From contig OZ250151.1 in NCBI GenBank assembly GCA_965237725.1, positions 2,951,883 through 3,015,882 on the forward strand: DNA of 64,000 nucleotides, in the 5' to 3' direction. Shown piece by piece: positions 36,065 through 44,684 of this stretch. The notes below the pieces were generated by a model. That model had not been told where the DNA came from, did no database searches, and saw only the letters and a program-made list of their open reading frames with translations. A program made the translations under genes and the position numbers. The number at the start of each line of letters is the position of its first letter. The first letter of the stretch is position 1. The DNA comes from Candidatus Spongiihabitans sp. (GTDB taxonomy: Bacteria > Pseudomonadota > Gammaproteobacteria > Arenicellales > Poriferihabitantaceae).

Positions 36065-36991
36065 ATGGGAATAATAATATTGGAAAATCAGTTAAGCGAA
36101 ATTCTACCGCAAATTTGTGACTTCTTTGGCATCGGTGAGTTACGCCATCGGCGTGATGGTGGTGGTTATGCGAACACCAACCTCATCGTCGAGACGTCAA
36201 AGGGAAGTTATTTCATCAGATTTTCCCAGGAACATTCTTTAGAGCAAATTGAATCAGAATTATTGGTTATAAAACACGTATTCATTCACGGCATACCAGT
36301 CCCCACCCCAATTACGGCAATAGATGGCGAATCAACATTCAAAGTCCAAAATGGTTTGGTATCTGTTTTTAAGTTTGTCGAGGGGGAATCCAGTGAGACG
36401 GTTAGCCCATCGGGAATAATCGAAATCGCCCGGACGTTGGGAAAACTGCATTGTGTTGAATACGACCACTTGCCTCATAGAGAGACTTGGTGGACTCCAA
36501 CTTATTTAGAAGACAATTTGCCTCGGGCAAAAACATTGTTCGAATATGAAAATGTAAAAAAATTAAGTGACCGGATCGCATCTTTGCCCAAAATGGACTT
36601 AAAAAAATTACCGCGAGGTATCGTTCATGGCGATCCATGGCCAAATAATGCATTGTTTTATGATGATGAATTTGTTGCCTTGGTTGACTGGGAAGAAACT
36701 ACAGTAGGCTACCCAATATATGACCTGGTTTATTTGGCTATACATGGCTGTTTTCCCGAGGATCGTTTTGATCCGGAATTATTCCAGTCTGTTTTGCAGG
36801 CATATGAGGTGGTGCGCAAGCTTAATACCTATGAACGGAAATGTATGGTCCCTATAGCTCAACGCATAGCGTGCACCAATTCTCTTTGGTTGTTACTAAA
36901 ACAACAAGGCGCCGAAATAGATTTCGAGCCTATGGACTATTCTGATTGGTACTGGGGTTTGGGACTGGAAAATTTAGGCTCTGAATGTTAA
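36065..36991 (+). CDS. Phosphotransferase-family kinase (APH / homoserine-kinase type II-like)
   Basis: Brenner motif GIVHGDPWPNNALF and LVDWEETT. I prefer the ATG at 36065, because the TTG at 36029 would overlap the divergent HAD gene. Confidence 0.75.
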   Translation: MGIIILENQLSEILPQICDFFGIGELRHRRDGGGYANTNLIVETSKGSYFIRFSQEHSLEQIESELLVIKHVFIHGIPVPTPITAIDGESTFKVQNGLVSVFKFVEGESSETVSPSGIIEIARTLGKLHCVEYDHLPHRETWWTPTYLEDNLPRAKTLFEYENVKKLSDRIASLPKMDLKKLPRGIVHGDPWPNNALFYDDEFVALVDWEETTVGYPIYDLVYLAIHGCFPEDRFDPELFQSVLQAYEVVRKLNTYERKCMVPIAQRIACTNSLWLLLKQQGAEIDFEPMDYSDWYWGLGLENLGSEC

Positions 36992-37098
36992 GTTATCAAA
37001 ACGCCCTATCTCACGCATTGCCGGTTGAACAGCATAGGCAACGTTACAAGCTCCAGATTAAGATTGGACAGAATAATTAAAATAAAGCACGAGGTGAT

Positions 37099-37815
37099 AT
37101 GCATTTTGAAATAAAGCCTTCAGCGGTTTTGTCAGCGCTACTACTTTGTATTGTTTTACTGTTAATACTGAATGTAGTAGGAATTTTTTATGGCTTTGAG
37201 GCTAGTCGCAGCGAGCGTCGTATTGCTCAACTAGTTCATTTCAATTCTGAGGAAAGTTTGCCAACATTGTTTTCGACGCTAATTCTATTGGTAAGTGCGT
37301 TCCTGCTTATAGTGATATCCAGGTTTCACAAAACCGAACGGACCGGGCATTTGTTGTGGGCTGGATTGGCGATGATATTTTTATTCCTGGCAGTAGATGA
37401 ATCCATAACTATTCATGAATTAATTAGTGGCAAACTTCGTGAGCATTTTGACTTTTCGGGTATTTTCTATTTCGCCTGGATAATACCTTATGGTTTGGCT
37501 TTGATTTTGATTATGCTGGTTTATTTCAGATTGGTAATTAATTTGCCTCGGAAAATCATGTGGCTATTTATCGCATCGGGTCTGATATACGTTGCCGGTG
37601 CAATTGGTTTCGAAATGATTGGTGGCCAGGAATTTGAATTAGATAGTAGGGCTGCAAAAAATTGGAGAAATATGAACTATCTTGTGATTACTACTATGGA
37701 AGAACTGTTGGAAAAGCTTGGCATTAGTCTTTTTATTTATTCACTGCTGGAGTACATATCCGTTACGTTCGGTCCGCTTTCCATATCGATCCGTTACAAA
37801 CGCGAAAATAAATAG
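37099..37815 (+). CDS. Multi-pass membrane protein of unknown function
   Basis: 238 aa with about 6 hydrophobic helices and a GAGGTG RBS. I recognise no motif. Confidence 0.6.
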   Translation: MHFEIKPSAVLSALLLCIVLLLILNVVGIFYGFEASRSERRIAQLVHFNSEESLPTLFSTLILLVSAFLLIVISRFHKTERTGHLLWAGLAMIFLFLAVDESITIHELISGKLREHFDFSGIFYFAWIIPYGLALILIMLVYFRLVINLPRKIMWLFIASGLIYVAGAIGFEMIGGQEFELDSRAAKNWRNMNYLVITTMEELLEKLGISLFIYSLLEYISVTFGPLSISIRYKRENK

Positions 37816-37828
37816 CAGACTGTAGAAG

Positions 37829-38107
37829 CTAACCTGAAGATTTGCTGTCAATTAGAATCTGTTTTTGTATTCGGCTAAAGTTTTTAATTACCGCTTCCCG
37901 CTTACCAGCGCTGCTTCTATTATGGCTATGCTCGCGATACACCACTGCAATGGGTTTTCGGCCATTAAAGTATTTGGCACCGAGTTTCCCAGACACATGC
38001 TCTCTGAAGCGGCGCTCCACATTGGTGGTAATACCAGTGTAGTAGGTGTTATCGCTGGCCTGGATGATATAAACCGACCAGTTATTCGTTGGTGAATTGG
38101 AAGTCAC
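37829..38107 (-). CDS. GIY-YIG domain protein (YhbQ/UPF0213-like)
   Basis: WSVYIIQASDNTYYTGITTNVERRFREH is the GIY-YIG signature. The GTG at 38107 overlaps the upstream stop (GTGA) and gives 92 aa, the usual size. Confidence 0.85.
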   Translation of the reverse strand: MTSNSPTNNWSVYIIQASDNTYYTGITTNVERRFREHVSGKLGAKYFNGRKPIAVVYREHSHNRSSAGKREAVIKNFSRIQKQILIDSKSSG

Positions 38108-38535
38108 TTTTCCGATAATTGGTTTTTGCAATGGATGTCGTCCCCCAGACACCATTGTTCCACTACAAGTAGATTCAAATTGTCATCCTCTACAATTCGA
38201 TAGATTGAGATCTCTTCAAATTCTACTTGTTTGCCGGTGCCGGGAACGCCAATATATTCGCCTTGATGGGTTCCCGTGGAAGTGTATCTGGTGACTACTC
38301 GATCGTCACCAACAATCAGATCTACAATTTTTTCATGCCAGTCCGGGAAAGTCTTCCGAGAACGCTGGATTGTGGCGCAAATGCCTTCATAGCCGTAAAT
38401 ATCGCCTGTACCCCATCCCTTGGGCCAGTGGCCTATAAAATCGGGTGAATATACATTGGGGATTGCATCCAGGTCCCCGGTATTCCAAATTCGATGTAGT
38501 TCTTTTATTAATCCAATGGCTTTTTGTTTATCCAT
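38104..38535 (-). CDS. SnoaL-like ester cyclase (NTF2-fold)
   Basis: 143 aa. IWNTGDLDAIPNVYSPDFIGHWP...RVVTRYTSTGTHQGEYIGVPGTGKQV follows the ester-cyclase pattern. Confidence 0.75.
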   Translation of the reverse strand: MDKQKAIGLIKELHRIWNTGDLDAIPNVYSPDFIGHWPKGWGTGDIYGYEGICATIQRSRKTFPDWHEKIVDLIVGDDRVVTRYTSTGTHQGEYIGVPGTGKQVEFEEISIYRIVEDDNLNLLVVEQWCLGDDIHCKNQLSEK

Positions 38536-38553
38536 TTCTATCCCAACAATAAT

Positions 38554-39408
38554 CTAAATCGCGGTTGATCGCGCGAATTCAATATAAATTCCCCGCAATT
38601 TGTTGGTGATATTTCCGGGAGTACCACTGCCAATGGTCTTATCGTCTACACTGGTGACAGGCAGAACATAACTCGAAGCACCCGAAATAAACGCCTCGTC
38701 GGCGACATAAACCTCTTCCAGACTCACGCTTCTCTGATCCAGCATTATTTCGCCAGAATCACAAAGTTCGATCAATGCGCTACGCGTGACACCTGGTAGG
38801 ATGTCATTGCTCAGCGGACGAGTGATTATGGTATTGTCTTTTATGATGAAAAAGCTGGTTGCGCCACATTCGGTAATCATACCGTCTGGCCCGATCATTA
38901 AAGCTTCATAGGCGCCATGATCATGGGCAGTTTGTTTTGCCAGTACCTGACCCAGCAGGTTCACAGATTTTATATCCCGGCGCGCCCAGCGAATGTCTTC
39001 TACACTTTTCAGACTCACGCCAGTTTTGGCGTATTCATTTTCAAGCGATGGCTTTTCCTGGGTAAACATGAATACCGTTGGCGACAAAATTTCGCTATAA
39101 ATAAAATCTCTTTCTTCAGGGCCCCGTGTCACCTGCATATATACCAGCCCTTCTTCAAGATTATTGAGTTGAATCATTTTCCGAAAAATGCTGAGCAACT
39201 CGGTGCTATCCAAGGGCTGGGGAATATTTAGCTCGCCCAATGATCTCGACAGACGAGCCATGTGGCTATGGAAATCGAGTAATTTTCCATCGATGACCCC
39301 TGCAACTTCATATACCGCGTCACCGAATAATACTCCGCGATCAAATATTGAAACCTGGGCTTGTTCGGGCGGAATGAATTCGCCGTTTAAATAAACTATT
39401 CTTTTCAT
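38554..39408 (-). CDS. D-amino-acid transaminase (PLP fold type IV)
   Basis: FDRGVLFGDAVYEV, DIKSVNLLGQVLAKQ (Lys) and ECGATSFFIIKDN; 284 aa. Confidence 0.85.
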   Translation of the reverse strand: MKRIVYLNGEFIPPEQAQVSIFDRGVLFGDAVYEVAGVIDGKLLDFHSHMARLSRSLGELNIPQPLDSTELLSIFRKMIQLNNLEEGLVYMQVTRGPEERDFIYSEILSPTVFMFTQEKPSLENEYAKTGVSLKSVEDIRWARRDIKSVNLLGQVLAKQTAHDHGAYEALMIGPDGMITECGATSFFIIKDNTIITRPLSNDILPGVTRSALIELCDSGEIMLDQRSVSLEEVYVADEAFISGASSYVLPVTSVDDKTIGSGTPGNITNKLRGIYIEFARSTAI

Positions 39409-39421
39409 TATTCTGGATGAC

Positions 39422-40864
39422 TTAATGGGTCAGAAATTTCCCACCGCGTTTGCCTGTTGATGCCTGAGATTGCCAAGTAACATCACCATTCACCCAAACC
39501 GTGTGAATACCATCAGCAAGTTGAGTCGGGTTTTCGAAATCACTGCGGTCGATAATTTTTTGTGAATCGAACAAAACCATGTCAGCAAAATTACCCTGTT
39601 CAATTGTTCCTCGATTTTTCAAACCAAAGGTTTTTGCAGAAAGTCCGGTCATTTTGTGAACGGCTTGTTCGAGTTTAAACAATTTTTTATTTCTGACATA
39701 GTGCCCGAGTACCCGTGGGAATGTGCCCCAAAGTCTGGGGTGTGGAAACTTCATGGTTGGTAATCCATCTGAGCCAATCATTGCTGCGGGATGGGACATG
39801 ATTCGCTCGAGATCGCCGTCATCCATTTGATAGTAAATGGCCGAGGCGGGATAGAGTTTTTCTGCGGCGTCTACTAGTGAGCATTGCCATTCCGCAGCAA
39901 TTTTATCGAGCATCCAGCCATTGTATTCAGGGTAGGGCGTGGACTCAGCGACCAGTATGGCCTCGGAGCCGGCGATAAAATTGGGTAACAGCGAGGTTGC
40001 GCTTGCAGTATAAGGGTATACGTCGAACATCACATTTTGCTGGTTTTGCCGCGCCGCATCGATAGCCGCGAGAGTTTCCACGGATCGACCGTAATTTTTC
40101 GGCCCAGCGCATTTGTGGTGAGATATGACAATTGGCGCCTCCGACTTCCGGCCGATCTCAAGGGTTTCCTCAATAGCGGCCATGATTTCATCGCCTTCAT
40201 CACGCATATGGGTGACATAAAGCGCGTTATCGAACTCACGCAGTACCGATGCGATTTCTATCACCTCTTGAGTGGGGGCGGCTGCAGCTATGGGATAATC
40301 GAGCCCCGTGCTAAAACCGATGCACCCCTGTTTCAGCGCTAGTTGTAGCGATTTTTTCATTGTTGCAATGTCCGAACTCGTGGCGGGCTGTTCCATACGG
40401 TCGGACATCACATTGTGACGCAGTGAGCTGTGGCCAGCTAGTAATGCAACGTTCACCGCCGCGGGTTTTTTTCTCAGTGCCGATTGGTAGTCTTTTACAG
40501 TCTGAAATTGAAACTCTGCTGAGGTACCAAGCATGGGCAATGGGGCAGGGAATGTCTCCGCCCTAATCATCGGTGCTGCGCTTATCCCGCAATTACCGAC
40601 AATCACCGTAGTCACGCCCTGGGAAATTTTCGCCGGCAAATCCGGGGTTGCAATCACCGCCAGGTCATCGTGAGTATGAACATCGATGAAACCTGGAGCG
40701 AGAACAAGCCCGGTTGCATCAATGGTTTTTTCCGCTTCCCAGTTTTCACATGAACCAACAGCTTCAATCTTGTCAGCGCTAATAACAACGTTGGTTTTCC
40801 GGGTAGGGTTACCGGTTCCGTCAACAATACTTGCACCACTAATTTTTAGATCACATTTTTCCAT
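39422..40864 (-). CDS. N-acyl-D-amino-acid deacylase-family amidohydrolase (D-aminoacylase-like)
   Basis: 480 aa. N-terminal beta-sandwich plus LAPGFIDVHTHDD metal motif. SDGLP and FADMVLFD at the C-terminus are typical of D-aminoacylases. Confidence 0.85.
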   Translation of the reverse strand: MEKCDLKISGASIVDGTGNPTRKTNVVISADKIEAVGSCENWEAEKTIDATGLVLAPGFIDVHTHDDLAVIATPDLPAKISQGVTTVIVGNCGISAAPMIRAETFPAPLPMLGTSAEFQFQTVKDYQSALRKKPAAVNVALLAGHSSLRHNVMSDRMEQPATSSDIATMKKSLQLALKQGCIGFSTGLDYPIAAAAPTQEVIEIASVLREFDNALYVTHMRDEGDEIMAAIEETLEIGRKSEAPIVISHHKCAGPKNYGRSVETLAAIDAARQNQQNVMFDVYPYTASATSLLPNFIAGSEAILVAESTPYPEYNGWMLDKIAAEWQCSLVDAAEKLYPASAIYYQMDDGDLERIMSHPAAMIGSDGLPTMKFPHPRLWGTFPRVLGHYVRNKKLFKLEQAVHKMTGLSAKTFGLKNRGTIEQGNFADMVLFDSQKIIDRSDFENPTQLADGIHTVWVNGDVTWQSQASTGKRGGKFLTH

Positions 40865-40918
40865 TATTTTGACGATTGATTGAATAATAAAGTTATTTTT
40901 ACCCAGAGCTGGCTGGAT

Positions 40919-42103
40919 CTATTCTTTGATATATAACTTTCTCGGTACATCAGCCAAAGTTTCAGCGCCCTTGTCGGTTACCACGAAGCTTTCTGTGATT
41001 TCCATTCCCCAGTCGTCCTGCCAAACTGCAGGAATGAAGTGAAAAGTCATGCCTGGTTCTAGTACAGTTTCATCACCCGGCCGCAAGCTCATAGTACGTT
41101 CACCCCAGTCGGGCGGGTAAGATATTCCGATAGGATAACCGCAGCGACTTTCTTTTTTAATTCCGGTTTGATTTTCTAGAATCGTACAAAATGCTTCTGC
41201 AACTTCCTGACACTGATTTCCCGGTTTGGCTTTTTCCAGGCCCGCATTAATGCCTTCAACTACAGCTTTTTCTACGTCGAGAAATTTTTGTGATGGCTTG
41301 CCAAGAAATATTGTTCGCGAGGTTGGGCATTGATAACGTTTATAGGCCCCTGCAATTTCGAAAAAGGTGGCTTCGCCAGATATAAATGGATCGTCGTTCC
41401 AGGTAATGTGGGGTGCCGAGGCATCTGCTCCTGAGGGTAGTAGGGGCACGATGGCAGGATAATCGCCGCCATATCCGTCTACACCCATGCAACCCGAGTG
41501 AAAGATTTCTGCAACCATTTCATTTTTTCGAAGCCCGGGTTCGATTCGTTCCAGAATATTGGCGTGCATGGTAGTGACAATTTTCCCTGCAATTTTCATG
41601 TACTCGATTTCGGTTTCACTTTTCACAGCCCTCTGCCAGTTAACCAGACTCGTTGCGTCAACAAAGTTGGTTTTAGGCAGACCATTTACCAGCTCAGCAT
41701 GGGCCTGGGCCGAATACCAGTAATTATCCATTTCCACCCCAATGGTGCCGTCAGCCATGTTTCTTTGATTTAGTACCGAAACGAGTTCCTGCATGGGGTG
41801 AAGGGGCAGGTTCTGAACCAGTGATTCGTGGTAGCCGTGCACGTCTTCATCGGGCATCCAAACTGTACGCAAACCACCATTGGCATCCTGGGCGCGTACA
41901 TAACAAAGCGGATTGCCTTCCATAGCCAGGACGACGCATTGGTGGACGTAGAACGACCAGCCATCATATCCGGTAAGCCAGCCCATGTTCGATGGATCGC
42001 TGACAATCAGGGTATCGAGATTGCGTTGGGCCATCTCGGCACGAGTTTTTGCAATCCGGGCATCGTACTCGGATCGTTCGAACGGAAGATTAGTTGAAGT
42101 CAT
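40919..42103 (-). CDS. M24-fold (creatinase/prolidase-type) hydrolase with substituted metal ligands; creatinase- or ectoine-hydrolase-like
   Basis: 394 aa with an N-terminal creatinase_N-like domain (FERSEYDARIAKTRAEM, DPSNMGWLTGYDGWSFY) and a C-terminal pita-bread domain (FFEIAGAYKRYQCPTSRT, LEPGMTFHF). See the finding on ligand substitutions. Confidence 0.8.
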   Translation of the reverse strand: MTSTNLPFERSEYDARIAKTRAEMAQRNLDTLIVSDPSNMGWLTGYDGWSFYVHQCVVLAMEGNPLCYVRAQDANGGLRTVWMPDEDVHGYHESLVQNLPLHPMQELVSVLNQRNMADGTIGVEMDNYWYSAQAHAELVNGLPKTNFVDATSLVNWQRAVKSETEIEYMKIAGKIVTTMHANILERIEPGLRKNEMVAEIFHSGCMGVDGYGGDYPAIVPLLPSGADASAPHITWNDDPFISGEATFFEIAGAYKRYQCPTSRTIFLGKPSQKFLDVEKAVVEGINAGLEKAKPGNQCQEVAEAFCTILENQTGIKKESRCGYPIGISYPPDWGERTMSLRPGDETVLEPGMTFHFIPAVWQDDWGMEITESFVVTDKGAETLADVPRKLYIKE

Positions 42104-42160
42104 TAATGTACCAAGCGCTGTGTATAATCCCTGAAGATAACAGGAATCAACCTGTATCGC

Positions 42161-42328
42161 CTAGGGAGCCTCTGATTAAAACTGGGCAGATCAAGTTGTG
42201 ATTGAAAATGATCAAGTTCAAGGCGCAAAATGCGCGTAATAGCACGGCTATTGCGAAGTTTTGCAACGCAGAAATTGATTGTTTTGATCTCAAATTGACT
42301 GTTCATGTTTTAATCAGAGGTTCCCTAG
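42161..42328. repeat. 168-bp palindromic (MITE/REP-like or structured-RNA) element
   Basis: 22-bp terminal inverted repeats CTAGGGAGCCTCTGATTAAAAC (42161-42182) and GTTTTAATCAGAGGTTCCCTAG (42307-42328) match at 21/22 positions. The interior arms are imperfectly complementary. Central hairpins lie at 42223-42235 and 42238-42252. Confidence 0.7.
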
Positions 42329-42395
42329 TATAAATCTGAGTGAGGCCATTGATTTCAGGCCGACCCTATTGCCCTGGAGTTGAGACAAAACTTAT

Positions 42396-43751
42396 CTAGT
42401 GCAAATCTTTAAAGCTGTTTGAAATCGCTTGTTCGAAAAATGCCACATCTTCCATCTGTATACAAAGGGGTGGGCAAATGCGTAAGACATTTTTATGCGC
42501 CCCGGATTTGCTCGCAACCAGGCCGTGTTTTCGGGTTAGTTGAAAAAGTTCGTGCATTTCGTCTGGGGCGGGCTCTTTAGTTTTTCTGTCTTTGACCAGC
42601 TCTGCAGCCATCATCAGTCCTCGGCCGCGAACATCGCCAATAATTTTATATTTCTTTTGAAGATCCTTGAGTACCTCGAGCATGGCAGCGCCAACTTGTT
42701 TTGCATTTTCAATTAACTTGCACTCATCAATCACGCGCAGAACCGCCCGGCCGGCGGCACAGCTAACAGGATTGGCGCCATAGGTATTAAAATAAAACTT
42801 GGTCGCCATGGCTTCTGCGATATGTCGTTTAGCCACCACCGCGCCCAATGGATAACCATTTCCAATACCCTTTGCCACCACCATGATATCAGGAACAATA
42901 TCATGGGATGTAAACGCCCAGTAGTCCTCTCCAGTGCGTCCAAAACCTGACTGGACTTCGTCAACGATGAACACGCCACCCGCAGCATGAACCCGCTCCT
43001 GGGCGCCGGATAAGTATCCTTTTGGCAGGGGGACTATTCCGCCATAACCCTGGATGGGCTCGATAAACATCCCCGCGAGTTGCCCAGATGTACCATAGAG
43101 GATGGTTCGATCGAGGTCATCGAGATAGGGCTGAACCCCTTCGCCGTGTATACCACGATACTGATCGGGATTTGAAGTAAACTGAATGCCATTGAGCAGG
43201 GAAATGTTGTGGCGAAAATTGCTTATACCCGTCACAGATTGGGCGCCAAAAGTGGCACCGTGATAGCTATTGGCCAGAGAAATAATGTCGTTGTTACCGG
43301 TGTGGGATCGGGCAAGTAACAATGCGAAGTCTATGGCTTCGGCGCCGCTATTCATAAAGTGGACGACCCACTCTTCGCCCTGAGGCATTTTTGAAGTGAG
43401 CTCTTCAGCGAAGTGTGCCGGCACGGGATGAAAAAACATGGTGGTGCAATGCTGGATTTGCTCTGCCTGATGCTGGACTGCGGCAGTCACCGCTGGGTTG
43501 TTGTATCCAATGCTGACACACAGATTTTGACTCAAACAATCGAGATATTGATTTTCTTTTTCGTCCCACAAATACTGGTCCTGACCGCGTTTAAAAATCA
43601 ATGGTGTCTTGTAGGGCACAAATGCGCGCTGAGATGCAGCATAAAATTTGTCCCGACGATTTACAATGGCGTCGGTATCCCAATCGGTTTCCAGGGTAAA
43701 GTTATCGATGTCTGCTTTTATAGTGTCAGAAATTTTTGTGGTTGTTTTCAT
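42396..43751 (-). CDS. Class III (omega) aminotransferase
   Basis: 451 aa. NSGAEAIDFAL, FIVDEVQSGFGRTG and VVAKGIGNGYPLGAV (PLP Lys). Confidence 0.9.
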   Translation of the reverse strand: MKTTTKISDTIKADIDNFTLETDWDTDAIVNRRDKFYAASQRAFVPYKTPLIFKRGQDQYLWDEKENQYLDCLSQNLCVSIGYNNPAVTAAVQHQAEQIQHCTTMFFHPVPAHFAEELTSKMPQGEEWVVHFMNSGAEAIDFALLLARSHTGNNDIISLANSYHGATFGAQSVTGISNFRHNISLLNGIQFTSNPDQYRGIHGEGVQPYLDDLDRTILYGTSGQLAGMFIEPIQGYGGIVPLPKGYLSGAQERVHAAGGVFIVDEVQSGFGRTGEDYWAFTSHDIVPDIMVVAKGIGNGYPLGAVVAKRHIAEAMATKFYFNTYGANPVSCAAGRAVLRVIDECKLIENAKQVGAAMLEVLKDLQKKYKIIGDVRGRGLMMAAELVKDRKTKEPAPDEMHELFQLTRKHGLVASKSGAHKNVLRICPPLCIQMEDVAFFEQAISNSFKDLH

Positions 43752-43796
43752 TGGTATTATTTACTTGGACATAATTTTAATTGATTAAATTGATGC

Positions 43797-44669
43797 TCAA
43801 TCCATTAGCCCGTCAGACCTTAAGCGCTGTTGGTCATGGGCTGTAGTGGTCTTGCCATACAATTGCTGCACCCGTTGTTTGCTACCGACAATATTAGGCT
43901 CCTCGGTAAACGACATGATAATTAATAACCGATCATCATCTCCGGTATTTTCGGTAACCTGGTGCAGGGAATACCTGCCGAGAAAAAATTGCAGGTCCCC
44001 GGGTTGCAGGTCGAGGCGTTTTACCCGGCTGCTTTTGCCACTGAGCACATCAGCTACCGTATCGTATTCCTCGCTGGCGGACGAGCGAATATTGGGCGCG
44101 TATTCGAAATAACCACCACTGCTGGCGGGTTTGAGCAACATGGTGATGGTGAATTCATTGGTATCAAAATGCCAGTTAAACCGCGATCCTGGCGTACCCA
44201 CATTAACAATCATATTGGATATGGGATCAGCATAAATATGCAATTCGGGTTTGCCCAGGCAATCTGCGAGGAACTGAATTAAGGGTTGCCAGTGGTACAA
44301 CTGCCAGGAAGTTGAATCTGCTTCAAACAGATCGCTGGTAATAAAGCCATTGGTTCTTTCCATCATGATGTTAACCGGGTGGTTTTGATCCAGCGCCGGA
44401 TCCGGTGCAGAGAAATATGCATTGGTAATATTCTGATCCGAAAAATAAGCCTGGGCTCGACGCTCATATGCTTCGCCCAAAATGGTGTTCAACCCATAGT
44501 CACTTAGAAATCCTTTTAGCAGCGCGCAGCCATCCTCGCCCAGGCTGGTCCGTACACCGTCAATTACCTGCTGGCGAGCGGAATTATGGATCTCGTCGAT
44601 GGGATATTTTTTGTAATCGATTAATTCGCGACAGTTCACTGGATTAAGATCTCTAGGTAATAAGTTCAA
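43797..44669 (-). CDS. Fe(II)/2-oxoglutarate-dependent oxygenase (hydroxylase-type facial triad)
   Basis: 290 aa. H-x-D in SRFNWHFDTNE, distal His in RYSLHQV, and an Arg/Ser pair in DDRLLIIMSF. The subfamily is not identifiable by eye. Confidence 0.6.
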   Translation of the reverse strand: MNLLPRDLNPVNCRELIDYKKYPIDEIHNSARQQVIDGVRTSLGEDGCALLKGFLSDYGLNTILGEAYERRAQAYFSDQNITNAYFSAPDPALDQNHPVNIMMERTNGFITSDLFEADSTSWQLYHWQPLIQFLADCLGKPELHIYADPISNMIVNVGTPGSRFNWHFDTNEFTITMLLKPASSGGYFEYAPNIRSSASEEYDTVADVLSGKSSRVKRLDLQPGDLQFFLGRYSLHQVTENTGDDDRLLIIMSFTEEPNIVGSKQRVQQLYGKTTTAHDQQRLRSDGLMD

Positions 44670-44684
44670 ATTGTCGTCTATTGA

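Noticed and set aside
40919-42103. Naming the M24-fold gene doeA (ectoine hydrolase) or creatinase outright
   Set aside because: Length, domain order and ligand loss fit both. I cannot discriminate them without an alignment or phylogeny, and the canonical partner genes (doeB-type deacetylase, ureolytic genes) are absent.
42103-42306. 67-aa basic ORF inside the palindromic element, ending in a TAATG overlap with the M24 gene
   Set aside because: It has no Shine-Dalgarno sequence and no recognisable motif. Its extent coincides with the hairpin arms, so the open frame is most simply a by-product of the repeat. It is kept only as a note within the palindrome finding.
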